From contig CABYGA010000003.1 of the NCBI GenBank assembly GCA_902518415.1, positions 894-64,893 of the forward strand: a stretch of DNA of 64,000 nucleotides. Reading direction: 5' to 3'. Shown in pieces: positions 10,627 through 18,944 of the stretch. Origin of the DNA: an uncultured Pelagibacteraceae bacterium (GTDB lineage: Bacteria; Pseudomonadota; Alphaproteobacteria; Pelagibacterales; AG-422-B15). The notes beneath the pieces were generated by a model. The model did no database searches. It was not told where the DNA came from and saw nothing but the letters and a program-made list of their open reading frames with translations. Made by a program: the position numbers and the translations under genes. Position 1 is the stretch's first letter. Each line of letters begins with the position of its first letter.

Positions 10627-10743
10627 ATGCGTACTACTCTTACAGTTTTAGCTTTTAGTTTCATGATTTCAGCTTGTACTACTTTACAAAGCATAAATGA
10701 GACTGTTAAAGGCGACGGTGTTCCTTATATTCCAGGAATATAA
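10627..10743 (+). CDS. small (38-aa) putative lipoprotein, not in the ORF track
   Basis: Manual translation gives MRTTLTVLAFSFMISACTTLQSINETVKGDGVPYIPGI*. A strong Shine-Dalgarno AAGGAGA lies 7 nt upstream. The signal peptide carries a lipobox (MISAC). A stable stem-loop follows the stop codon. Confidence 0.5.
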   Translation: MRTTLTVLAFSFMISACTTLQSINETVKGDGVPYIPGI

Positions 10744-10751
10744 AGATATTT

Positions 10752-10776
10752 AACTGGCCTCATTATGGGGTCAGTT
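10752..10776 (+). terminator. stem-loop downstream of the small lipoprotein ORF (possible terminator, no U-tract)
   Basis: AACTGGCC(TCATTATGG)GGTCAGTT forms an 8-10 bp stem including one G.U pair. The sequence after it (ACACCTTG) is not T-rich, so its function is uncertain. Confidence 0.3.
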
Positions 10777-10844
10777 ACACCTTGTAATAATCAGTTAAAA
10801 AAGTTAATTGCCACAATCAGTTTCCATTAAGTATACTTAACTGT

Positions 10845-11972
10845 ATGTTTAGAGTACAAATATCGGGAACAGGACTATTCACTCCTCAAGAAAAAATTTC
10901 CAACCAAGAATTAGTCGACTCATACAATAAGTATGTAGATGAATACAATTCATCAAACTCTATAGATATAAATAATGGAAGTGTGGAACCACTAGAAAAA
11001 TCTAGTGCAGAATTTATTGAGAAAGCTTCAGGTGTAAAATCTAGATATGTTCAAAATAAATCAGGAATTTTGGATACATCCTTTATGCGTCCTAGACTTA
11101 TTGAAAGATCTGAGGATCAAATATCCAATCTTGCAGAAATGGGAGTAGTTGCCGCAAAAGAAGCTATAAAAAATTCTCAAATCGATATTAAAGAGATAGA
11201 TGCTGTAATTGTTGCATGCTCAAATTTAGAACGCGCCTACCCAGCAATAGCTATTGAGATCCAAAATGAATTAGGAATAGAGGGTTTTGCATTTGACATG
11301 AATGTTGCTTGTTCCTCAGCAACTTTTGGAATTCAAACTATTTTTGACATGATAAAGAGTGGAAGTATTAAATCAGCCTTAATGGTCAATCCAGAGATTT
11401 GTACTGGTCATTTAAATTTCAAAGATAGAGACTGTCATTTTATATTTGGTGATGTTGCAACAGCCGTAGTTTTAGAAAGAATAAATGAAGATATTCATAA
11501 AAATAATTCGTATGAAATACTTGGGACAAAGCTTCTTACAGAGTTTTCTAATAATATAAGAAATAACTATGGATTTCTGAATAGTTCGTCCCCTGAAGGA
11601 GTTGGCAAGGCAGACAAATTATTCCATCAAAATGGAAGAAAAGTATTTAAAGAAGTCATACCTAAAGTTTCTAATTTAATAAAGGATCATCTAGAAGAAA
11701 ATAAACTTTCCGCCGAGGATTTAAAAGGATTGTATTTGCATCAAGCTAATGAAAATATGAATGTTCTTATTTCTAAATATGTACTTGGCAGAGAAGCGTC
11801 TAAGGATCTGGCTCCCGTCGTACTCGACGAATATGCTAATACAAGTTCAGCTGGTTCAATAATTGCTTTTCATAAACATAACAACTCACTAAAAAAAGAT
11901 GATCTCGCAATTATTTGCTCATTTGGGGCAGGTTATTCTGTGGGGAATGTTATTGTGAAAAAGATTGCTTAA
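10845..11972 (+). CDS. beta-ketoacyl-ACP synthase III-family condensing enzyme (long, 375-aa paralog type)
   Basis: Thiolase-fold KAS III pattern with active-site Cys in DMNVACSSATFG, His in LHQANENM and Asn-region GAGYS. It is longer than canonical FabH (about 320 aa). Its end overlaps the convergent HD gene by 4 nt (TTAA). Confidence 0.75.
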   Translation: MFRVQISGTGLFTPQEKISNQELVDSYNKYVDEYNSSNSIDINNGSVEPLEKSSAEFIEKASGVKSRYVQNKSGILDTSFMRPRLIERSEDQISNLAEMGVVAAKEAIKNSQIDIKEIDAVIVACSNLERAYPAIAIEIQNELGIEGFAFDMNVACSSATFGIQTIFDMIKSGSIKSALMVNPEICTGHLNFKDRDCHFIFGDVATAVVLERINEDIHKNNSYEILGTKLLTEFSNNIRNNYGFLNSSSPEGVGKADKLFHQNGRKVFKEVIPKVSNLIKDHLEENKLSAEDLKGLYLHQANENMNVLISKYVLGREASKDLAPVVLDEYANTSSAGSIIAFHKHNNSLKKDDLAIICSFGAGYSVGNVIVKKIA

Positions 11973-12520
11973 AAATTTGGCTCCTTGGAGAACAGCTTCC
12001 TCACTTTTGGTTCAAAATATTCAAGAGAATATGACTCATAATCTGGATCAAAAGATTTTTGATCCCACTTTTCACAGAAATCCACTGCATCTTGATAATA
12101 AGGGTGATCTATGAATTTATCTCTAGCATTACGATCCCTCCCTATGTGATGAGCATAGTAATATTCTTGAAAAATCCCATGATGAAGCATAATCCAATAT
12201 ACTTTTTCAGAAACATAGGGCCTTAAAACTGAGGCAACAAGTTGACTATGATTATATGGGGCAAGATTATCTCCAATATCGTGTACAAGAGTCGCAACTA
12301 CCATTTCTTCATCTGCGCCATCTTTTTCAGCTCGAGTTGCTGATTGAAGTGAATGCTCTAACCTTGTTACTTGATAACCATCAACTGAACTATCTAAATT
12401 TCTCAAAGCGTCTAATATTCTGTCGGGAAGATCTTTTGAAAACTTTTCTTCATACATACTTAAAAGATCATAATCTTCTTTTGTGCCGTCTTTCATCTGA
12501 GTAAATTTTACTTTTTCCAT
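11969..12520 (-). CDS. HD-domain protein, candidate PhnZ/TmpB-like diiron oxygenase
   Basis: 183 aa. It has H56 (LEHSLQ) and HD at 80-81 (TLVHDIGD). Further His residues are H91, H113-114 and H124-125, and Asp D153/D158 lies in FCEKWDQKSFDPDY. The ATG abuts the stop of the upstream BBOX-like dioxygenase (0-nt gap). The HD fold is confident; the oxygenase function is inference. Confidence 0.7.
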   Translation of the reverse strand: MEKVKFTQMKDGTKEDYDLLSMYEEKFSKDLPDRILDALRNLDSSVDGYQVTRLEHSLQSATRAEKDGADEEMVVATLVHDIGDNLAPYNHSQLVASVLRPYVSEKVYWIMLHHGIFQEYYYAHHIGRDRNARDKFIDHPYYQDAVDFCEKWDQKSFDPDYESYSLEYFEPKVRKLFSKEPNF

Positions 12521-13612
12521 TTATATTTCCTCTGACAATAATTTAAACTTACTTTCTGCAGAATCGTGATCTATATATAATCCCTGCAGCCATCTATCAC
12601 CTTCAGCTGTATTATAACTTGTTCTACCATGAAGTGTTCGATAATTATTCATAATAATTAAATCTCCTGGTTCTAAGCGAAACTTAAATATATATTTAGA
12701 AGAATTTATCATTTTGTGCATCACTCTTTTTGACGCATAAAATTCATCAAGCTTTTTAGGGTCTTGATAAAAAACAAAATCCAGTCTGTTACTATACTTT
12801 ATTTGCTTTATTTCTCCTCGCTCACTTAACTTGATAATCTTACCTGTTTTTTCCAGTATAGCATCTTTGTCTTTAAATTTAAAATTGATAAGAGTATTCG
12901 TAAGTGTTTTAAACGCATTTGGATTTTCATTTTTTAAGTCTTCTGCAACCTTAAACCCATCAACAATTGTTGAGTCGCCTCCTTGGCAACTATTATGAAT
13001 ACAAAAAAGAAATTGAATCGAAGGTACTGGTTTTCGATATGGATTATCAGTATGAGACTCTAATTCAATGGATGTATATGCTAAATCGTTTGGTTGTTTT
13101 TGAGACTTAACGTTGAACAATTTTCCAAAATTAGTTTCTCTTATATATCCAATTTTTTTTGCAAAATTTATAATCTCACCATCTTCGGGTTTGAGTTTGC
13201 TTACAATTGCAAATCCGTATCTATGGTAATATTCTAATATCTCATAAATTTGTTTATTTTCATTTGTATTATAATCAAATTTAAACTTTCTAAGTGAGAT
13301 ACTGTCTTTATTCCAAAAAACTTTATCAGGAAGTCCCTTTGCTCTCTTTATTTCTTTAATTAAGTTTTTTATACAATACTTAGCTACATGATTATCTGAG
13401 AATTTAATTAATAGTTTATCTTCTTCTAACTTATTTACTTCTTTGATTTCTAAATTTTCAATGATTTTCTCTGGGTCATATAGTCGTTGCAGTGAATTTT
13501 GATCGACTGCTCCTTCTTCTAATGACCGTTCTCTCATCCATAAAGGATGAAGCTTATATTGCTCATCTCCAATAGAAAACCTTATTTCTTTTGAGTCATA
13601 ATTAAAATCCAT
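12521..13612 (-). CDS. gamma-butyrobetaine hydroxylase-like (TauD/BBOX family) 2OG-Fe(II) dioxygenase, paralog 1 (TmpA-like candidate)
   Basis: 363 aa. It has an N-terminal DUF971-like segment (LHPLWMRERS), an HxD facial triad in ESHTDNPY, a distal His in RTLHGRTSY, and WLQGLYIDHD near the C-terminus. Confidence 0.75.
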   Translation of the reverse strand: MDFNYDSKEIRFSIGDEQYKLHPLWMRERSLEEGAVDQNSLQRLYDPEKIIENLEIKEVNKLEEDKLLIKFSDNHVAKYCIKNLIKEIKRAKGLPDKVFWNKDSISLRKFKFDYNTNENKQIYEILEYYHRYGFAIVSKLKPEDGEIINFAKKIGYIRETNFGKLFNVKSQKQPNDLAYTSIELESHTDNPYRKPVPSIQFLFCIHNSCQGGDSTIVDGFKVAEDLKNENPNAFKTLTNTLINFKFKDKDAILEKTGKIIKLSERGEIKQIKYSNRLDFVFYQDPKKLDEFYASKRVMHKMINSSKYIFKFRLEPGDLIIMNNYRTLHGRTSYNTAEGDRWLQGLYIDHDSAESKFKLLSEEI

Positions 13613-13626
13613 AAAAAAATATAAAA

Positions 13627-15573
13627 CTAATTTTTTAATTCTTCAATATTTTCATATTCCGATAAACAAGCAGGGTTGGCTAAGGCCTCTAAATTCTTTA
13701 TATTCACGCCATTGATTATATCTCTCACAGTAATTTCTGCTATTTTGCCACTTCTTGTTCTAGGTATATCACTTACTTTAATTATTTTTGCTGGTACATG
13801 TCTTAAAGAATTAGAAAATCTAATATTATATTTAATTTTATCAATAATAACTTGATCAAGTTCAATATCCTTTTGGAGTTTCACAAATAAAATAATTCTT
13901 GTGTCATTGTTCCAAGTCTGACCAACTACAATAGATTCAACAATTTCATCTATTTGCTCGACAGACCTATATATTTCGGCAGTTCCAATTCTAATTCCGC
14001 CAGGATTCAATGTTGAGTCTGAACGTCCATAAATGACTATTCCCATATTTTTAGATATTTTAGCGTAATCACCTTGTGTCCATACATTCTTAAATTTTGA
14101 AAAATATGATTTAATATATTTCTCTTTATTTAAGTCATCCCAAAATCCAATCGGCATAGATGGAAGTGGTGATTTACATACCAACTCACCTTTTTGAAGC
14201 GAACCCTTACCTTTTTCATCAAAAACATCTACATCTACCCCAAGACACTTACTTTGTATTTCACCAGAGTAAACTGGCAACATTGGATTGCCACCTACAA
14301 AGCAAGAAACAATGTCTGTCCCTCCACTAATGGACGCCAGATGTATATCTTTTTTAATGAATTCGTAAACATACTCAAAACTTTCACTTATAAGTGGTGA
14401 CCCTGTGCTTAATATTGATTGAAGTTTATCTAAATTATATTTTTCTAGAATATTTACTTTATCATTTCTTAAAGCGTCAATAAATTTTGCACTTGTTCCA
14501 AAGCACGTTATTTCTTCTTCTTCAGCAATTTTAAAAAGGGTTTCTTTCTCTGGATGAAATGGGGATCCGTCAAAAAGTACTAATGAAACTCCTGATGCTA
14601 AACCTGTAATAAGCCAATTCCACATCATCCATCCACAGGTTGTATAATAAAATAATTTATCGCCTATTTTAAGATCACAGTGAAGCTGATGCTCCTTTAT
14701 ATGTTGTAAAAGTGGTCCACCAGTATTATGAACTATGCATTTAGGTTTACCAGTTGTTCCACTAGAATAAAGAATATACATTGGGTCATTAAATGAGTTT
14801 TCTTCAAAAATAATTTTTCCTTGATAAGTTTCTTTTTGAAAAATTGAATTTAAACTTATTTCATCTATTCCTTTATCTAGATTCTTGTCTGGATAATTAA
14901 TACAAATGGTATGTTCGAGTGTTTTGATATTATTGATTACATTTTTTATTTTCTTTTCAATATCAAATTTTTTTCCACCATATAAATAAATTTTAGAATA
15001 TAATAATACTTTTGGTTTTATTTGATTAAAACGATCTAAAATAGCTGTCTCGCCAAAATCTGGTGAACAAGATGACCAAATCGCCCCGATAGAGTTCACT
15101 GCTAAAAATGCAATTAGTGTCTCAGCACTGTTTACCGCAACAGCCGCGATCCGGTCTCCTTTTTTAACCCCAATAGATCTAAAATAGTTAGCTAATATTG
15201 AAGTTTTTAATACTAAATCTTCCTTATAATAACTTTTCTTGAAACCAAGTTCATTGATAAAGGTAATCGGGCATGAATTAAGATTAGATAAAATATTTTC
15301 TGCGTAATTAACTTTAATATTTTTGAAAAATTCTTGGTTATATATAGATTTATCTTTTTCAATAACAGGACTAGAACTTCCTTTGTACTTTATGCCCAGA
15401 TAATCAATTAAGCTTAGCCAAAATTCAGCAGGGTGATTAATGCTCCACGACCAGATTTTACCATAATCAAAGTTTAATTGTATTTTGTTGTTTTCTTCTA
15501 AAAAAATAAAATAATTATATAAATTTGTTTTTTTAATTCTTTCCTTAGATGGGCTCCAAAGCAACTTTGGCAT
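13627..15573 (-). CDS. acetoacetate--CoA ligase (acetoacetyl-CoA synthetase)
   Basis: 648 aa. It has the AMP-binding motif YSSGTTGKPKCIVH, an N-terminus LWSPSKERIKKTNLYNYF typical of AACS, and a C-terminal PRTRSGK. Confidence 0.8.
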   Translation of the reverse strand: MPKLLWSPSKERIKKTNLYNYFIFLEENNKIQLNFDYGKIWSWSINHPAEFWLSLIDYLGIKYKGSSSPVIEKDKSIYNQEFFKNIKVNYAENILSNLNSCPITFINELGFKKSYYKEDLVLKTSILANYFRSIGVKKGDRIAAVAVNSAETLIAFLAVNSIGAIWSSCSPDFGETAILDRFNQIKPKVLLYSKIYLYGGKKFDIEKKIKNVINNIKTLEHTICINYPDKNLDKGIDEISLNSIFQKETYQGKIIFEENSFNDPMYILYSSGTTGKPKCIVHNTGGPLLQHIKEHQLHCDLKIGDKLFYYTTCGWMMWNWLITGLASGVSLVLFDGSPFHPEKETLFKIAEEEEITCFGTSAKFIDALRNDKVNILEKYNLDKLQSILSTGSPLISESFEYVYEFIKKDIHLASISGGTDIVSCFVGGNPMLPVYSGEIQSKCLGVDVDVFDEKGKGSLQKGELVCKSPLPSMPIGFWDDLNKEKYIKSYFSKFKNVWTQGDYAKISKNMGIVIYGRSDSTLNPGGIRIGTAEIYRSVEQIDEIVESIVVGQTWNNDTRIILFVKLQKDIELDQVIIDKIKYNIRFSNSLRHVPAKIIKVSDIPRTRSGKIAEITVRDIINGVNIKNLEALANPACLSEYENIEELKN

Positions 15574-15594
15574 ATCAAAAATATTTATTATATC

Positions 15595-17019
15595 TTAGGC
15601 AATGTGGAGTGCTTTAGTTTCAAGGTAATCTTCTAGCCCCATGTCTCCACCTTCTCGTCCATTGCCAGATTCTTTATATCCTCCAAAAGGTGATCCGTAA
15701 TTATAACCGCCACCATTAACATGAACACCGCCAGCTCTTAATTGCCTTGAGACTCGTTCTGCTCTTTCTTTATCTCCCGTCTGCAAATAGGCAGCAAGAC
15801 CATAAGGAGTATCATTTGCTATTCTGATCGCCTCATCCTCATCATCAAAAGGAATTATAACTAGTACTGGACCAAATATTTCCTCTTGAGCAACTCTCAT
15901 ATTGTTATTTACGTCAGAAAAAATTGTTGGTTTTACAAACCATCCTTTTTCGTGGCCATCGGGCTTTCCAAGGCCACCTACTAATAGTTTTGCTCCTTCA
16001 TCAATACCAACTTGAATCATATTTTGAACCCGATCAAATTGAATTTTATCAAAGAGTGGTCCGAGATGGTCACCATCTAGTGTCGGATCACCTACCTTAA
16101 TTTCTTCAGCAGTTTTTTTTGCAATATCAATTACTTCATCATAGCATTTTTTTTCTACCAGTAACCTTGTAGGAGCATCACAAGATTGTCCTGTATTAAA
16201 CATACATTCATTTACTGAATCTTTTACTTTTTCATCTAAGTCACAATCTGCAAAGACAATGTTAGGTGATTTACCACCTAATTCTAAAGTTACTTTTTTT
16301 ACAGTTTCAGCAGATTCAATAGTTACTGACTTACCCCCTCTTTTTGAGCCAGTAAATGACATCATTTCTATATCAGGATGCCGAGACATCGACACACCTA
16401 CTCCTTCTCCATCTCCATGTACTAAATTAAATACACCATCAGGAACTCCGGCCTCATCTAGAATTTCAGCATAAACCATCGCTGATAAAGGTGTATGCTC
16501 AGACGGCTTTAAGATACATGTGCATCCTGTAGCAATCACTGGAAGGACTTTCAGTGTAATCTGATTAATGGGCCAGTTCCATGGAGTAATTAAACCACAA
16601 ACTCCTATTGGCTCTTTTAAAAGTACATCTGAATTAGAGAGAACAATTTTTTCTTCATGCTTCTTTAATGCATCAATAAAACCATCTAAATGTCCTATTG
16701 CAGCATCTGCCTGTGCATCTCGAGCCATTCTATGAGGAGCTCCCATTTCTGATGTCATTGCATTAGCAAGATCTTCAAATCTTTTTTCAGAGATCTTCCT
16801 AATTTTATTTAATAATTCTAAACGATCATTTTTTGAAGTTTTAGAAAAGCTATTAAATGCATTTTTTGCAGCGCTCACAGCCATATCTACATCTTCAGAA
16901 TTACCAAGAATTATCTCACCTATCAAATCTTCGGTTGCGGGGTTGAGAACTGCCATTGTTTTAGTTGAATTGGGTTTTACCCATTTACCGTTAATATAAA
17001 ATTTTTGAAGATTTTCCAT
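15595..17019 (-). CDS. NAD(P)-dependent aldehyde dehydrogenase (betaine-aldehyde or 4-trimethylaminobutyraldehyde dehydrogenase candidate)
   Basis: 474 aa. ALDH signatures are ITPWNWP, LELGGKSP (catalytic Glu) and FNTGQSCDAPTR (catalytic Cys). The substrate cannot be read from the sequence. Confidence 0.85.
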   Translation of the reverse strand: MENLQKFYINGKWVKPNSTKTMAVLNPATEDLIGEIILGNSEDVDMAVSAAKNAFNSFSKTSKNDRLELLNKIRKISEKRFEDLANAMTSEMGAPHRMARDAQADAAIGHLDGFIDALKKHEEKIVLSNSDVLLKEPIGVCGLITPWNWPINQITLKVLPVIATGCTCILKPSEHTPLSAMVYAEILDEAGVPDGVFNLVHGDGEGVGVSMSRHPDIEMMSFTGSKRGGKSVTIESAETVKKVTLELGGKSPNIVFADCDLDEKVKDSVNECMFNTGQSCDAPTRLLVEKKCYDEVIDIAKKTAEEIKVGDPTLDGDHLGPLFDKIQFDRVQNMIQVGIDEGAKLLVGGLGKPDGHEKGWFVKPTIFSDVNNNMRVAQEEIFGPVLVIIPFDDEDEAIRIANDTPYGLAAYLQTGDKERAERVSRQLRAGGVHVNGGGYNYGSPFGGYKESGNGREGGDMGLEDYLETKALHIA

Positions 17020-17088
17020 TTTGTTTTTTATTACATACTATACTATTCAAATTGTAAATTCTTTTTAATATTGTAACTTCATTGTCTT
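17020..17088. promoter_or_regulatory. 69-bp divergent control region between the two catabolic operons, with ATTGTAA direct repeats
   Basis: ATTGTAA occurs at 17051-17057 and 17070-17076, and ATTGTC at 17081-17086. This is the only non-coding DNA available for promoters of both operons. No regulator gene is nearby. Confidence 0.4.
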
Positions 17089-17973
17089 ATGAATAAAAAT
17101 GTTATCATTTCTTGTGCAGTTACCGGATCGGGGGACTCAGTTGGAAAGCATCCTAATATTCCTGTTACTCCTCAACAAATAGCTGATGCCTCTATTGAGG
17201 CAGCAAATGCTGGAGCCGCTATAGCCCATATTCATGTTAGAAATCCTGAAACTGGAAAGGGATCCCGAGATAATGAACTCTATAAGGAAGTAGTTAGTCG
17301 AATTAAAGATAGTGGAACGAATGTGATAATTAATCTCACAAGTGGAATGGGAGGAGATATAGAAATTGGTCCAGAAGATGATTTATTAAACTTTGGTTCG
17401 AATACAGATTTTGTAAATGCACTAGAAAGACTAAGTCACGTTGAAGAACTATTGCCAGATATATGTTCCTTAGATTGCGGCACTCTAAATTTTGGTGATG
17501 GAAATATGATCTATGTTGGAACCCCAGAACAACTAAGAATTGGCGCTAAGAGAATTCAAGAATTAGGAGTTAAACCTGAACTAGAAGTCTTTGATACAGG
17601 TCATTTGTGGTTTGCAAACCAGATGTTAGAGGAAGGATTGCTGGATCAGCCCTCATTGTTTCAAATTTGTTTAGGTATACCGTACGGTGCGCCTGCGACT
17701 ACCGGTTCAATGAAGAATATGGTTGATATGATACCTGAAGGAAGTAACTGGGGGGCTTTTGGAATTGGAATTAATCAAATGCCGATGGTAGCGCAAGCGG
17801 TATTATTAGGAGGCAATGTTAGAGTTGGTCTTGAAGATAATCTTTATTTAGAAAAAGGTGTTTATGCAACAAATGGATCACTTGTTGAGAAGGCTGGTAC
17901 AATAATAAATAATTTAGGCTCGAATGTAATGGGTCCTGATGAAGCAAGAATCAAACTTGGATTAAAAAGTTGA
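17089..17973 (+). CDS. BKACE-family (DUF849) beta-keto acid cleavage enzyme, dehydrocarnitine cleavage enzyme candidate
   Basis: 294 aa. The N-terminus [12 protein letters not shown]...[34 protein letters not shown] is typical of the 3-keto-5-aminohexanoate cleavage enzyme family. It is translationally coupled to the next gene. Confidence 0.8.
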   Translation: MNKNVIISCAVTGSGDSVGKHPNIPVTPQQIADASIEAANAGAAIAHIHVRNPETGKGSRDNELYKEVVSRIKDSGTNVIINLTSGMGGDIEIGPEDDLLNFGSNTDFVNALERLSHVEELLPDICSLDCGTLNFGDGNMIYVGTPEQLRIGAKRIQELGVKPELEVFDTGHLWFANQMLEEGLLDQPSLFQICLGIPYGAPATTGSMKNMVDMIPEGSNWGAFGIGINQMPMVAQAVLLGGNVRVGLEDNLYLEKGVYATNGSLVEKAGTIINNLGSNVMGPDEARIKLGLKS

Positions 17974-18941
17974 AAAGAAAGATTGTTTCGATTATTGGAA
18001 CAGGCGTAATTGGCGCTGGATGGGCGGCACGATTTCTTGCTAAAGGTTATGTTGTTAAAGCTTATGACCCCAACAAAGAGTCGCTAGAAAAATTAAAAAA
18101 AAATATTCAGACTGCCTTTAAAAGTCTTAAAAAGTTAGGTTTAAATAAAAACGCTTCATTGAAGAATCTAAATGCTTTTACTAATTTGAATGATGCTTTA
18201 CATGAAACAACCTTTGTTCAGGAAAATGCGCCTGAAAGTGAAAGAATAAAAAAAAATATTCTAAAAAAAATTGATAATATAATTCCCAAAAATGTTATAA
18301 TTGCATCTAGTTCTTCTGGATTACTACCATCAAAAATTCAATCCGCCTGCAAATTTCCTGAAAGAGTTTTAATCGGACATCCATTTAATCCAGTATACTT
18401 ATTGCCTCTTGTGGAGATTGTAGCTGGTAAAAAAACTAGTCATACAAATGTTAAAAAATTAAAAAAATTATATGAACATATTGGAATGCGACCGCTCATT
18501 GTTCAAAAAGAAATTGAAGGATACATTTCAGACAGACTGCAAGAAGCTTTATGGCGTGAGGCCTTGCATATAATAAATGATGGCGTAGCATCAACTGAGG
18601 AAGTTGATGATGCTATTGTCTATGGTCCTGGATTAAGATGGGCTTTTATGGGGGTTTGTTTGACATTTCATTTAGCTGGTGGAGAAACTGGAATGAAACA
18701 TATGCTGGAGCAATTTGGTCCTGCTCTAAAACTACCTTGGACTAAGTTGAAAGCTCCTGAATTGACGGATAAACTAAAAAAAGCAATGGTTTCTGGAACA
18801 AAAAAACAGGCTGGAAAGTTTAATATCCAAGAGCTTGAGGAACAAAGAGATTTGTTTTTGATTGAAATTATGAAAACTTTAAATAAAAATCAAAAAGATA
18901 AGTTTCCAAATTGGGGTAGGAAATACAATAATTTTAAATAA
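17970..18941 (+). CDS. L-carnitine dehydrogenase-like 3-hydroxyacyl-CoA dehydrogenase family protein
   Basis: 323 aa. It has a Rossmann motif [20 protein letters not shown]. The long segment [17 protein letters not shown]...ALWREAL...[10 protein letters not shown]...[25 protein letters not shown] matches my recollection of bacterial carnitine dehydrogenases. The TTG start overlaps the BKACE stop (TTGA). Confidence 0.7.
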   Translation: MKRKIVSIIGTGVIGAGWAARFLAKGYVVKAYDPNKESLEKLKKNIQTAFKSLKKLGLNKNASLKNLNAFTNLNDALHETTFVQENAPESERIKKNILKKIDNIIPKNVIIASSSSGLLPSKIQSACKFPERVLIGHPFNPVYLLPLVEIVAGKKTSHTNVKKLKKLYEHIGMRPLIVQKEIEGYISDRLQEALWREALHIINDGVASTEEVDDAIVYGPGLRWAFMGVCLTFHLAGGETGMKHMLEQFGPALKLPWTKLKAPELTDKLKKAMVSGTKKQAGKFNIQELEEQRDLFLIEIMKTLNKNQKDKFPNWGRKYNNFK

Positions 18942-18944
18942 TTT

